Assembly (NCBI GenBank): GCA_965198025.1
Contig: OZ240237.1
Span: 921,038 to 985,037, forward strand
DNA: 64,000 nt
Source: Terriglobia bacterium
Lineage (GTDB): Bacteria > Acidobacteriota > Terriglobia > 2-12-FULL-54-10
Direction: 5' to 3'
Shown here: one piece after another, positions 1 through 10,700 of the stretch
Position numbering within the stretch: the stretch's first letter is position 1
How the letters are laid out: every line of letters begins with the position of its first letter
The notes under the pieces: generated by a model
What the model was told of the DNA's origin: nothing
Databases searched by the model: none
The model's input: only the letters and a program-made list of their open reading frames with translations
Program-made: the position numbers and the translations under genes

Positions 1-136
1 TCATCAGCGAGTTGATCGCGGTCCACATTGCCAGCCCCAACATGGCGCTGAGTAGAAACCAGCGGCGCTTCACGCCCATGATCGTGAGCGGCGCGCTCAA
101 GGCTGGATAGGCCGGCCACGTCTTCGCGCCCTGCAT
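1..136 (-). CDS. trbD: T4SS protein TrbD/VirB3 (N-terminal part; gene runs off the window start)
   Basis: Minus-strand translation from the ATG at 136-134 gives MQGAKTWPAYPALSAPLTIMGVKRRWFLLSAMLGLAMW, which is VirB3/TrbD-like. There is an ATGA start/stop overlap with trbC. Confidence 0.55.
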   Translation of the reverse strand, partial: MQGAKTWPAYPALSAPLTIMGVKRRWFLLSAMLGLAMWTAINSLM

Positions 137-426
137 CAGAACAACCAAGTCAAGAAATTGGCCGCGCCCATCGCCATGCCTAATCCGAAGATGATCCCGG
201 CCAAAGCCCGCTTGCTGCCGCCTTCCCCGAAGGCGAACATCAATCCGCCCACCACAATGGCAATCAGGCTCAAACCCCGTGCGATCGGGCCTGTGAAAGC
301 ACCCTCCAGCACGGTGATTGCATCCAGCCACGGACTCACGCCCTGGGCCAAAAGCTCCTGCTGCATCAGCAAACCCATGCCTGTAATTAGCGCCGCTGTA
401 CGGAATTTGGGAAATCGTGAAGTCAT
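136..426 (-). CDS. trbC: T4SS pilin, TrbC/VirB2 family
   Basis: 96 aa with a C-terminal hydrophobic pilin core GPIARGLSLIAIVVGGLMFAFGEGG, typical of VirB2/TrbC. Confidence 0.7.
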   Translation of the reverse strand: MTSRFPKFRTAALITGMGLLMQQELLAQGVSPWLDAITVLEGAFTGPIARGLSLIAIVVGGLMFAFGEGGSKRALAGIIFGLGMAMGAANFLTWLF

Positions 427-456
427 GACTTGCTCCTTTGTTGGTTCGGTTGGTAG

Positions 457-777
457 TCAGTCCAGAAACTTCCCCTTTGACTGATTGTGCAAAGTCTCTG
501 CGAGTTTGGGGTCGCCGCCCTCTCCGCGCCGGATCGAGCGCTCCACGAGATCAACCTTGCGGCCTAAATCGGCCAAGCCCAATGATCGAGCAGCTGCGTA
601 AATGGAAAAAGCGAACGAGACAACGGCCAGCCCGCCATACAGGGTGATGGGCAACCAGTAGTCGCGCAGCAGGACTTTCCAGTGAGGTTTGAGATAGATC
701 AGTTCCGGCAAGCCGAAGATCGCGGCCACGCCTAAGGCGGTCACGGTGAGTCCGATACTGACTTTCCACGGTTGCAT
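457..777 (-). CDS. small membrane protein, unknown function
   Basis: 106 aa ORF co-oriented with trbC, with two hydrophobic segments. Confidence 0.4.
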   Translation of the reverse strand: MQPWKVSIGLTVTALGVAAIFGLPELIYLKPHWKVLLRDYWLPITLYGGLAVVSFAFSIYAAARSLGLADLGRKVDLVERSIRRGEGGDPKLAETLHNQSKGKFLD

Positions 778-780
778 AGC

Positions 781-1677
781 TCAAAGCTCGATCGAGCCGT
801 CTCGCCCGCCGCGTGCGGGTGCGCCGCCTCTGCCGTCGCGCCCTCCTTTGCCGAGCACCCGGCGGATCGCGGCGATTGCCCGTCCGCCGCTTCCGTGCAT
901 CTGGAATCCGGCCCGGGCTTTGGAGGCGATAGCGCCGGGCCGGTAGTGTTCCGACGCAATTTCGACGTTGACGCGCCCGCTGCGGCCCTCACTGTCCAGA
1001 TATTCAATCTGAGCGTCGGGATAGACGATCCGGCCCTGTTGGATAGGAAGTTCTAAATCCTGAGCGGCCTTGCGCCGCGCCGCGTCTGCCGCCGCCCTGC
1101 CTTCCTTGGCCCGCGCCGTTTCGGTGGCGCGCGCCACCTGTTTTTTCATTTCTGCGTCGATCCGGATTCGCTGAATCCTGGCCCCTTGTTGCAGAAGTCG
1201 CTGCTGCTCGATCTGAGCTGCCCGGTAAACGGCGGTATCGTGGCTCAACTCGCCACGTTTCACCAGACCGGACCAGGTTTGCTGTTCCTTGTCGAATCCC
1301 TGCTCGACGGCGTAATCGCGCGCTTTTCGCGCCCCGGCCTCGGTCAAGGTGAGCACTTTGTACGTGCCGCCGTTCGGCCCCTTCGCTTGATGCTCTCTCA
1401 TGTGGCCGTCTCGTATCATGCGATCCACGGCCCGCCGCGCCGTGTAGGGATGTCCATCGAAGTGTGACTCTGCCAGGTCGCGGTAGGATATGTTGCGATA
1501 CATCCCTACGTCGGCCAGCGCCCCTTCGGTGCGCTCCTGAAAGCCGCGCTTGTCCTCGCGCGGATCGTACTCGCGCCGATGTCCTGTGCGGGGTTGTTCG
1601 CGTTCCCGGTCGGAACGCGTGGGGAGAGTAGGAGTGCGATTGTCCTCTCGGAGTAGGATGTCGAGTGGATCGAACAT
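781..1677 (-). CDS. hypothetical protein (highly charged, Arg/Glu-rich)
   Basis: 298 aa ORF with a 4-nt gap to the next co-oriented gene. No recognisable family. Confidence 0.45.
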   Translation of the reverse strand: MFDPLDILLREDNRTPTLPTRSDREREQPRTGHRREYDPREDKRGFQERTEGALADVGMYRNISYRDLAESHFDGHPYTARRAVDRMIRDGHMREHQAKGPNGGTYKVLTLTEAGARKARDYAVEQGFDKEQQTWSGLVKRGELSHDTAVYRAAQIEQQRLLQQGARIQRIRIDAEMKKQVARATETARAKEGRAAADAARRKAAQDLELPIQQGRIVYPDAQIEYLDSEGRSGRVNVEIASEHYRPGAIASKARAGFQMHGSGGRAIAAIRRVLGKGGRDGRGGAPARGGRDGSIEL

Positions 1678-1695
1678 CTGTGCTCCTTCCCGGGG

Positions 1696-2004
1696 CTAAC
1701 GGCTTAGGCCAACATCCCGGTCGTGTTCCTGTACTTTCGCTTTCGCTTGGGGACTGGGTGAGTGGCTGATCTGCGGCCCGGCTTCGTGGGAGAATTTCTG
1801 CGCCAGCTCCCCCTGCATCTTTTCCTCTTCGGCGGATCGCGACCGCATCGGGGCCACGAGGTGATCGGATATCTTCTGCGCCTCGCTCGACGCGTGGTAA
1901 ATCTCGCGCGGCTCCTTCTTGAGCACCTTGAGCCAGTTCTCAACGTAGGCTGCGCCGCGCCCGCCGTCATGTCCCACGCCTACCCGTTGGCCCGTCATCA
2001 TGGC
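1696..2004 (-). CDS. hypothetical small protein
   Basis: About 102 aa from an internal Met. An AT-rich patch lies immediately upstream. Confidence 0.3.
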   Translation of the reverse strand, partial: AMMTGQRVGVGHDGGRGAAYVENWLKVLKKEPREIYHASSEAQKISDHLVAPMRSRSAEEEKMQGELAQKFSHEAGPQISHSPSPQAKAKVQEHDRDVGLSR

Positions 2005-2110
2005 GCTGCTAACTTCTATACGAATGTAAGTAATTAATAGTAAAGAATATAATAGGAATTGGTCCACTATGGTTCCCTCATCAAATCCCTCTTTCTGAAT
2101 GGGAATCGAT
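2005..2110. promoter_or_regulatory. AT-rich island (about 30% GC) in a roughly 60% GC background
   Basis: tatacgaatgtaagtaattaatagtaaagaatataatagg; possible promoter, oriT or IS21 end region. Confidence 0.35.
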
Positions 2111-2270
2111 TGGACCGTCGAAGACGTCCCCGGACAGGTTGCCGAGCGATCAACCCGGTAGTGCTGTAAGCGCCGCGAGAGTGGCGGACCCTGGCGGAGT
2201 AAAAGTAGACCGCCGGAAAACAATCTCATGAAGCATTCCCCGGGTGGGAGTTTTGTGGGATACCGGAGGG

Positions 2271-3620
2271 ATGTACACCGTGGAGCTCTATGCGCGAGTC
2301 AGGCGAGCGCATTATGTCGAGGGGAAAAGCGAGCGGCAGGTAGCGCGGGAGTATGGGCTGGCGCGAGAGACCGTTCGGAAGATGTTGCAGTATTCGGTGC
2401 CGCCGGGCTACCGGCGGCAACAACCGGCGAAGCGGCCGAAGCTGGATCCGTGGGTGGGAGTGATTGACTCGATCCTGGAGGAGGATCGAGAACGGCCCCG
2501 GAAACAGCGCCACACCGCGAAGAGAATCCACGAACGATTGCGCGAGGAGCACGGATTCAGCGGTGGATACACCATCGTGAAGGATTACGTGCGTCTGCGG
2601 GAGCTGCGGCAGAGGGAGATGTTCGTGCTGTTGGAACATCCACCGGGAGACGCCCAAGCGGACTCTGGGGAAGCACTGGGGGTGATCGGCGGCGAGGAGC
2701 AGAAGGTGCACTATCTGGCGATGGATCTGCCGCAATCGGACGACAGCTTCGTGATGGCGTTCCCGGCCGAGACGACGGAGGCGTTTCTGGAGGGGCACAC
2801 CCAGGCATTTGCTTACATTGGCGGAGTGCCGCGAACCATTCTGTACGACAACACCAAGCTGGCGGTGGCACGGATACTGGGAGACGGAACAAGGAAGAAG
2901 ACGCAGGCGTTTTCGGAGTTGCAGTCGCACTATCTGTTCCAGGAGCGGTTCGGGCGGCCCGGCAAGGGGAATGACAAAGGGAAAGTCGAGGGGCTGGTCG
3001 GATATGCGCGGCGGAACTTTATGGTTCCGGTGCCGCGTTGCGCGAGTTGGGAAGAGCTGAACGCACGTTTGCTGGACCAGTGCCAGAAGAAGCGGCAACA
3101 GCGGCTGCGAGGGCAGGAGCAGACCATCGGAGAGCGGTTCGAGAAGGACCGGGCAGCACTGCTGCCACTGCCGGAGACACCGTACGAAGCTTGCAACAAA
3201 CGAACGGCGCGCGTGAGTTCTCTGTCTTTGGTGCGGTATCGCTGCAACGATTATTCGGTGCCGGTGTGCTGGGGACACCGCGAGGTTCTGGTCAAAGGCT
3301 ATGTGCACGAGGTGGTGATCTCGTGCGGCGCGGAGGTGATTGCACGGCACGCCAGGAGCTATGAGCGAGAGGACATGATCTTCGACCCGCTGCACTATCT
3401 GGCGCTGCTGGAACAGAAGACCAACGCGCTGGACCAAGCGGCCCCTTAGTGGGCTGGGAGTTGCCGGAGGAGTTCACCCAACTGCGCCAACTGCTGGAAG
3501 CCCGGCTGTCGAAACGAGGCAAGCGGGAGTACGTGCAGGTGCTGCGGCTGCTGGAGACCTTCTCGATGGCGGAGGTCACCCGAGCAGTGGAAGATGCGCT
3601 GCGGATGAGAGCGATCTCCG
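2271..3620 (+). pseudogene. istA: IS21 family transposase IstA, disrupted: -1 frameshift at about 3447, C-terminus cut at about 3620, no istB
   Basis: MYTVELYARVRRAHYVEGKSERQVAREYG (HTH) followed by a DDE core. The C-terminus continues in another frame (GWELPEEF...REYVQVLRLLETF) and then stops resembling IstA after RAIS. Confidence 0.8.
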
Positions 3621-4538
3621 CTCCACAAACAAGGCTGCCAGCCGTTCCAAGACACTCATCGAATCAGCTAGCCGTTCTACGTCGATTGTCAAGCATTCTC
3701 GCGTGTACTCATCCACCACCGTTACCATCTTCAGGGGACGACCGTCCTGGGTTCGATCTGCCACATAATCGTACGCCCAGACATGATCCCGCCAGCACGG
3801 TCTTAACCGAAGACACGACCCATCGTTCAACCACAGGCGGCCTTTCCGGGGTTGTTTCTTCGGCACTTTCAGTCCCTCCTGCCTCCAGATTCTCTCCACT
3901 CGCTTATGGTTCACCCTCCACCCCTCCCGTCGCAACAGCGCCGTGATCCGCCGCTAGCCGTAATGAGCATACTCGCCGGCTCACTGCAGCGTCCGGGTTA
4001 CCAGTCTCGGTTCATCCTCGGGTATCCAGCTTCGATGCCGCTGGGTGGATCGATGCTGTCCCAGCACCCGACACGCCCGCCGCTCCGACACTCCCAAGGT
4101 CTGGCAGACAAGCTCCACCGCCTGCCGCCGTCGGTGCGGGTTCAGCAGTTCCCCGAGGATGCCTCCTTCAGAATCGCCAAGTCCAACGCCTGATCCGCTA
4201 CCAACTTCTTCAGTCGGTCATTCTCCCGTTCCAGTTCCTTCAGTCGCCTCACCGGATCAACCCGTAAGCTCCCGTACTGCTTCCGCCATCGATACTATGT
4301 CTGCTCTGTGATCCCCATCTTCCGACAGACCTCGCCCATTGTCCGGCCCTTAGCCAGTTCCACTTCCGCCTCTCGGAGATGTCGGATGATCTGTTCGGCC
4401 GTATACCGCTTCTTAGCCATCCTTTCCCCTTGTTCAAGTCCAGTTGAAACCCTTTACTCTAACTTATCAACTGGACCGTTTTAGGGGGGGAGGTCAAGCC
4501 TGGGTCGTTCCATCACGACCCAGGCTACTCGGTTTCAA
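3621..4538 (-). mobile_element. IS3 family element remnant (orfA plus the N-terminal third of orfB; 3' part deleted)
   Basis: orfA MAKKRYTAEQIIRHLREAEVELAKGRTMGEVCRKMGITEQT*YRWRKQYG has a TAG at 4295-4297. orfB ...RRITALLRREGWRVNHKRVERIWRQEGL has a TGA at 3981-3983 and a TAG at 3954-3956. The terminal region at 4421-4538 contains a 10-bp stem palindrome. Confidence 0.75.
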
Positions 4539-4643
4539 GAAGCCGACGCCTTCATCTAATCACTCACCAGGATGGGTACAAAAGATCGGCCTGGTCAGTT
4601 CCAGGCATTGCTTCTCCCTTTTTCCGCCTAAGCCGAATCTAAG

Positions 4644-4672
4644 TTGACTTGCCCTTCAGTGCAAACTACAAT
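4644..4672 (+). promoter_or_regulatory. sigma70-like promoter TTGACT-17-TACAAT
   Basis: Perfect -35 and near-consensus -10 with a 17-bp spacer, about 170 bp upstream of the radical SAM gene. Confidence 0.45.
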
Positions 4673-4843
4673 ACGGTTTTGAAGTCGGTTCACGCCTCAT
4701 GATGGGTCAGACGTTATCGGATTCAGCACAGCCGTGAAGCGCGGCTGCGGGCCTAATCCATCGCCCCAAGGTTGCCTTTGATCCAGGGCTCTAACGGTTG
4801 AGACGCCAGCGCTTCCTGATTCTCAGTATAGGAAAAGATCCTA

Positions 4844-6451
4844 ATGCGTGTGCACCTGATAAATCCCAATCATTTATCCTTTGGCATCGGTGTAATTACG
4901 CCGCGATGGCTTTATGTCATTGCGGCGGCTACGCCGCGCGCCTTCGGAGATCCTTTGATTGTTGACGAAACCCTGGCGCCGGTCAACTCCGCCGCGATTC
5001 AAGCGGGCGACGTGGTGGGCATTGGGATTCATAGCGGCAATGCGCAGCGGGGCTACGAAGTCGGGCGAATGGCGCGCGAGCGCGGAGCCTACGTAATCTT
5101 CGGGGGTATCCACGTCAGCCTCTACCCGGAGGAGGCATACGAACATGGACATGCGCATGCCGTGGTGAAGGGCGATGGCGACGTCATTTGGCCGCAGGTG
5201 CTGGCCGACTGTGTCAACGGGGGACCGCAGCGCTCCTATGAGGGAGGGCGCGTCGAAGCCGACCAGTTCCTGCCGGCGCGCTGGGAGTTGATGCCGCGCA
5301 ATCGCTACATGTGGGCTTCGGTGCAGACCGTGCGCGGATGCCCCAAGCACTGCTCGTTTTGTTCGGTGTGGCGCACGGACGGCCAACGTCCCCGCCAGCG
5401 CGCCGCGGATGTGGTCATCCAAGAAGTTGTCCAATTACGCCGCATGGGATTTCAGTTCATTGCGCTCGCCGACGACAACTTCTATCCGGTCACCCTGGAT
5501 GATCTAAAGCAGGCCGAGAGTCGCAACGATCAACACCGGCTGGGCGAGCTGCGGGCCATCCGCGAAGAGAGATTCGAATTGATGGCGCGCTTGGCTGAGC
5601 TGCCCCAGGGGATGGTGTTCTTCACGCAAATCACGATGGAGGCGGCCGAGGACCCCGAATTCCTGGATGCCATGCGTAAGGCCCGGATCAAGGGCGCGCT
5701 GGTGGGAGTTGAATCGGTCACCCCGGAAGGGTTGAAGGCCGTCTTTAAGGAATTCAACTCCGCGGGTGAAAGTCTTGTGAGTAGGCTCCGCTCTTTTCGG
5801 GAGCACGGCGTGCACGTCTTGGGCTCCTTCATTTTTGGATTGCCCACCGACCGACCGGATACCTTCGAAGCCACCGCCGCGCTGGCAGAGAAGGCCGGCG
5901 TAACGGTAGCCCAGTTCGTGCTGTTGACCCCGTTTCCGGGAACGGTGGATTTCCAGCGCTGGGAAAAGAAAATGGCGAACGATCCTACCCGGATTGCCGG
6001 GGTTCCGCTCACCCGTTATTGGCTGATTCCGCAAGCTCTGCGTCCGAAAGTGTACATGTCCCATCCGGTCATGTCTGCCGACGAAATCCGTCGGCGCTCC
6101 CAGGGGGTATGGGACCGCTTTTACCGGTGGCAGGCCATCTGGAAACGATCTCTCTTCCTGAAGTCCCTGCGGTCTCGACTTACCTTTATCCTGGTTTCAA
6201 AACTCTATCGACAGATGTACGCCAATACCGGAATCGCCACCGACAGCGCCCGCGTGAACCGCGCCAACACTTGGGCCCGGTGGCTGGCGAAGCCCTGCCA
6301 GCGATTGTTTCGGGGAGTGCCGATGCCGGAATTGCAAGTGCCGAACGGGAGCTCGCATCCACCTACTGGACCATCGGCCGGTGGGGGCGGTCTGTCTCCC
6401 TTGCAGGAACCGGCTCTCGAGGAGCGTGCCGGCCGCCCGGCCAAACTTTAA
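4844..6451 (+). CDS. B12-binding domain radical SAM protein (class B rSAM)
   Basis: 535 aa with an N-terminal cobalamin-binding-like domain and a CPKHCSFC (CxxxCxxC) cluster motif. An RBS precedes the ATG. Confidence 0.8.
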   Translation: MRVHLINPNHLSFGIGVITPRWLYVIAAATPRAFGDPLIVDETLAPVNSAAIQAGDVVGIGIHSGNAQRGYEVGRMARERGAYVIFGGIHVSLYPEEAYEHGHAHAVVKGDGDVIWPQVLADCVNGGPQRSYEGGRVEADQFLPARWELMPRNRYMWASVQTVRGCPKHCSFCSVWRTDGQRPRQRAADVVIQEVVQLRRMGFQFIALADDNFYPVTLDDLKQAESRNDQHRLGELRAIREERFELMARLAELPQGMVFFTQITMEAAEDPEFLDAMRKARIKGALVGVESVTPEGLKAVFKEFNSAGESLVSRLRSFREHGVHVLGSFIFGLPTDRPDTFEATAALAEKAGVTVAQFVLLTPFPGTVDFQRWEKKMANDPTRIAGVPLTRYWLIPQALRPKVYMSHPVMSADEIRRRSQGVWDRFYRWQAIWKRSLFLKSLRSRLTFILVSKLYRQMYANTGIATDSARVNRANTWARWLAKPCQRLFRGVPMPELQVPNGSSHPPTGPSAGGGGLSPLQEPALEERAGRPAKL

Positions 6452-6628
6452 GATGGACCTCAGGGATTGTCTTCCATCGCAAGGATGACACCTGGATTTC
6501 TCTGTATTGATTCGGAAACTCCGGGTGCTCCCACCTACGAATCCACGATTGAAATTGGTTGAATTCCTTAGACGAGTCGCCGAAGAGTCACGAACATTGT
6601 CCCAAGTGAAACCCGAAAGGAGGCGATC

Positions 6629-7015
6629 ATGCGACTCTGGCTGCCTTGAATCTTGATCGCAGCCTTAGCGATTGTCAGTTGGCAGTCAACAAACGACTAT
6701 GCCGTGTTGATCCGTGGCGGTACGGTTTACGACGGTTCAGGTGACGCGCCGGTCGTGACCGACGTTGCCATCACCGGAGACACGATCGCTGCGATGGGGG
6801 ATCTCGACGGGGCTACTGCTGATCAGGTGATCAATGCTACGGACCTAGCTGTTGCGCCCGGATTCATCAACATGCTGAGCTGGGCCACCGAGTCCCTCAT
6901 CATTGACGGTCGCAGCCAGGGAGGTCTCCTGCAGGGCGTCACCCTCGAGGTATTCGGCGAGGGGCAGTCACTTGGGCCAATGAACGACGCCATTGACCGG
7001 CCCTTGGTTTTTTGA
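6629..7015 (+). pseudogene. amidohydrolase (N-acyl-D-amino-acid deacylase-like), N-terminal fragment only
   Basis: DYAVLIRGGTVYDGSG...APGFINMLSW...GVTLEVFGEG. There is a TGA inside the signal peptide (6647-6649), and the ORF ends at 7015, which is about 120 of roughly 500 aa. Confidence 0.55.
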
Positions 7016-7703
7016 TCCAAGGGGAAGGTGAGTTTTGCGGCAGAATCTGGAAGCTGGAGGAGGGGATTTTGCTGTGAAGAAGAAGCGTTTTACAGTGGAA
7101 CGACAGGGCCCTGGGGGAGAGGACGCCATTCGAGTTCGCCCATCAGATCGCGGCGAGCCGCGATCTGATGGCCCTTCAAAGCCCGCAAGACTCACCCTGA
7201 ACTTGGTACAAAAACCCGGGGCTCATCAGAATCCAGAAATGCTAATTTGTAAACAGGACTCGTTTAAAGGGGGCAGGGCAGTTTAGCCCGCTCAATCAAC
7301 GTCTGTGAGCGGACGGACGAGACCTGGCGCCTACCGGCGAAGGTGATGTGCAGGGTTCAGCGCGAAAAGATGTCGTATTCGGGCAACGCGAGTGTATCCT
7401 GTGACCGTGCCAGGGCCAAAATGGAAATCCTGGTTCAGGTTAATCCTAATGGCCACCGCGCCGACTTTTGGTGCCGCTGAACCTCTTTCGTGCACGGAGA
7501 AATCCATCGTTGCCAGCACCGTGCGCACACCGGAGGATGTTCAGGCGTTCGTTCAATGCGCCTACGAGTTATTTCAGGAAGTGGGCTTTGAGGAGACGTA
7601 CCGGATGAACCGTCGTTTCGGGTTGCCGCCGGCTATTATATCGGATGAGTGAGAAGCCAAACCATCGCTACTTATGTACCGATGAATACTTCCCAATAGA
7701 TCG

Positions 7704-10700
7704 ATGATGATGAAAAAATTGGTATATCTGGACATTTTCGCCTCTCTGTGGCTGGCACCCGTGGCGGTGCTAGCGCAAGACACCGGCATCGCGGGTTCCG
7801 TCAGCGACGCCACAGGCGCCGTGCTGCCGGGCGTCACGGTCGAAATCACCGGCCCCAACCTGGGCGGGTCGTCCGTCGCCTTCACCGGCGGGGACGGCGC
7901 CTACTCCGTCTCGTTGCCGGCCGGCTTCTACACGGTGAGTTTCAATCTGCCCGGCTTCGCGCTGCTCGCGCGCGAGCGGGTGCTGGTGGCCGAGGGGGCA
8001 ATGACCACGCTCGACGTCGAGATGCAGATCGGCAGCCGCGCCGAGCAGGTCTCGGTGGTCGCGACCGGCACGGCGATTGATGTGCCCGCCATCAACTTGC
8101 CGAACGCGGTCGCCGTCGTCAACCGGGAGACGCTGCAGGAGCAGGGGGCGCCACAGCTCGTTGACCTCTTCAAGAACATCGGTGCCAGCCACGGCGTCGT
8201 CGGCGAGCGGAACAGTTGGTACAACTCCGACCAGCCCGCCACCCTCACGGAGACGATCGCCAACGTCAACCTGCGCGGCCTCGGCGCGTCGCGAACGCTC
8301 GTCCTGATCAACGGCCGCCGGCAGACCTACGTGCCGGCGCGGCTGATCGGCGGCCGATTTGTCGACGTCAACACCATCCCGGCGATCGCCATCGATCGGA
8401 TCGAAGTGCTGAAGGAAGGCGCCTCGGCGACCTACGGGTCGGATGCGATGGCCGGCGTCGCCAACTTCGTGACGCGGAAGAACTTCCGCGGCCTCGAGTT
8501 CAACGTCACGCACGACCACTTTGCCGGCGCGGGCGACAGCACCGTCTCCGGTATCTGGGGCGGCCTGCTAGGCTCGTCCCACGTCGTCTTCGCCGCCGAG
8601 CGGATGCACCGCCGCCAGTTGCTCCAGACCGAACGGCCCGACTGGGGTTTGGTAGATTACGAAGGCGGCCGGGGCGGGTGGTCCAGCGTAGGCAACCCAG
8701 GCGCGTTCCTCATCCCGACTACGACCGGCATGGAGACCCCCACCAGTAGGAAGCGGCGCACCTTGCCGCGCAAGGAACGTTGTGGGACGGCATGCCGGGC
8801 AACGAGGCAGGTTTCATCGACCTGGAGTGCGCCAACATGGGCGGGCATCTGGAGGCGTGGACCTGCAGGTTCCGCTATTCCCCCTATGACTCCCTGATCG
8901 ACGAGCAGAACCACACGCGGCTGTTCGCCGAAATCAACGGCCCCCTGAACGACACGACCAACTACCACATCGATGGGATGTGGTCCGAGGCGGATATCCC
9001 GACCTGGCGCACCACGCCGTCGTATCCGCCGTTCCCGCTGCTCTACAACAGCACACAGGAAGTGGACGCCACGCACCCGGGACGGGTGGCGTTCTGCCAG
9101 GACTACAACAGCAACCCGTTCTGCGACAGCGACGATCCCTGGTACTTCCGCGGGCGGACAGTGGGGAACTCCGGACCGGAGCGCAACCTGAGCCGGACCG
9201 CACGCACGCAGCGTCTCGCCGGGTCGGTCGACGGCAACATCAACGAGAACCTTCGCTATGACGTCGGCCTCGGTTGGTCCAGCGCCAGCGGGAACTACAA
9301 CCTGCCGGGGGTGTATACGGAGCGGACCTTCCTCTCCTACGCGGATTCGGCGGCCCGAACTGCGGCGCCGGCGTGGTAGCCGACCAGAGCGTGGCGGCCG
9401 GCATGCGCCTCGACCCGGCCACACTCGGCGGCAGGGCCCCGGGGCAGGGCGAATGCATGTACTACAACCCGTTCAGCAACGCGTATCAGCATACGCAGCA
9501 GCCGGGCGCACCGTACTTCAATGGCGCTGGCAGTGGCGCCGGCAACCCGAAACCGGCCCGAGCTCGCCAACAGCCCGGCGCTGCTGGGCTGGATGAATGA
9601 CGAGGTGGATCTCGTCAGCACCAGCAGCCTGATTGTCGCCGATGCGGTGCTGAACGGGACACTGGTCGAGAACGTGGCCGATTTCGCCGTCGGCTACCAG
9701 TTCCGCCACTTCCACGCTACCGGCACGCCGAACCGCCAAGGCGACATCGCCTACAATCCGTGCCCGGTCATCGGCGACTAGACCTGCCCACCGGAGGACC
9801 GGTTCGGCCCGTACGCCTTCACCAACGTCAACGCGGCCTACGATCGCAACCAGCCGGTGCAGCGGCTGTTCGCCGAGCTAGCGCTCAACATCGGACCGCA
9901 CCTCAACACCCAGTTCGCCGCCAACTACGAGATCCATGACGTCGCCAACAGCTTCGACCCGAAACTGGGGTTGCGCTACGAGCTGGTCCAGTCGTCCTCC
10001 TTCCTGCTGTCGCTGCGCGGCTCGCTGCAGACCACCTTCCGGACGCCGTCGGTCGACGATACGAACACCAGCCCGCTGAGCACGCTTGAGTGGATCGAGC
10101 AGACCGGCGCCTACCAGGCTCGACCGGTTCGGCAACCCGAACCTCAAGCCGGAACGGGCGTTCACCTGGAACACTGGGGTGGTCCTGTTCACGACCGGCG
10201 GCTTCGAGGCGACCGTCGATTACTGGACCGACGACTTCGAGGACGTGATCGCGTCTATGCCGTAGCGCCGATCAGTTCGACGCCTATTCGCGGTTCATCC
10301 AGTGCCCAGACGGACTGGCCAGCGACCTGCCCGCCGCCGCGCGGTGCGCGGCCAGCGAACTGCAGCGGGTGCGGATCGACCTGATTAACTGGCCCGGCCT
10401 CACCACCTCCGGCCTCGATACCCACCTCGGCATCAACACCGACATGGGCCCAGGCCGCTTCGCGGCCAACTGGGACATCACTCACACCCTCGACTACACC
10501 ACGAAGTCTCTGACGCTGGAGGGCCTTGACCTGGAATTGCAACCGGAGATGAACACCGCCGGCTACGTCAACTTCGGCAATCCGCTCGCCGTGTCGCTGC
10601 CGAGCTGGAAGCACCGGGCCTCGGTCGGTTACCACCTGGAGAACGTCAGCTACACCAACTTCTACAACTACATCTCATCCTACGAGGACCGCGGGGCGTC

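Noticed and set aside
2226-3437. 403-aa ORF antisense to IS21 istA
   Set aside because: Pro/Arg/Leu-rich low-complexity translation of the opposite strand of a high-GC gene. There is no family resemblance, whereas the sense strand has a clear IstA match.
3449-3946. 165-aa plus-strand ORF as a single protein
   Set aside because: The first 57 codons are the IstA C-terminal segment. The rest is the antisense translation of the IS3 orfB fragment, so it is a chimeric read-through and not a gene.
4673-4843. Possible cobalamin riboswitch in the 5' UTR of the B12-binding radical SAM gene
   Set aside because: I looked for B12-box-like elements (GCCACTG-type conserved core, paired GGTG/GAAGGGA motifs) and found none convincing. 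Only a covariance-model search could settle this.
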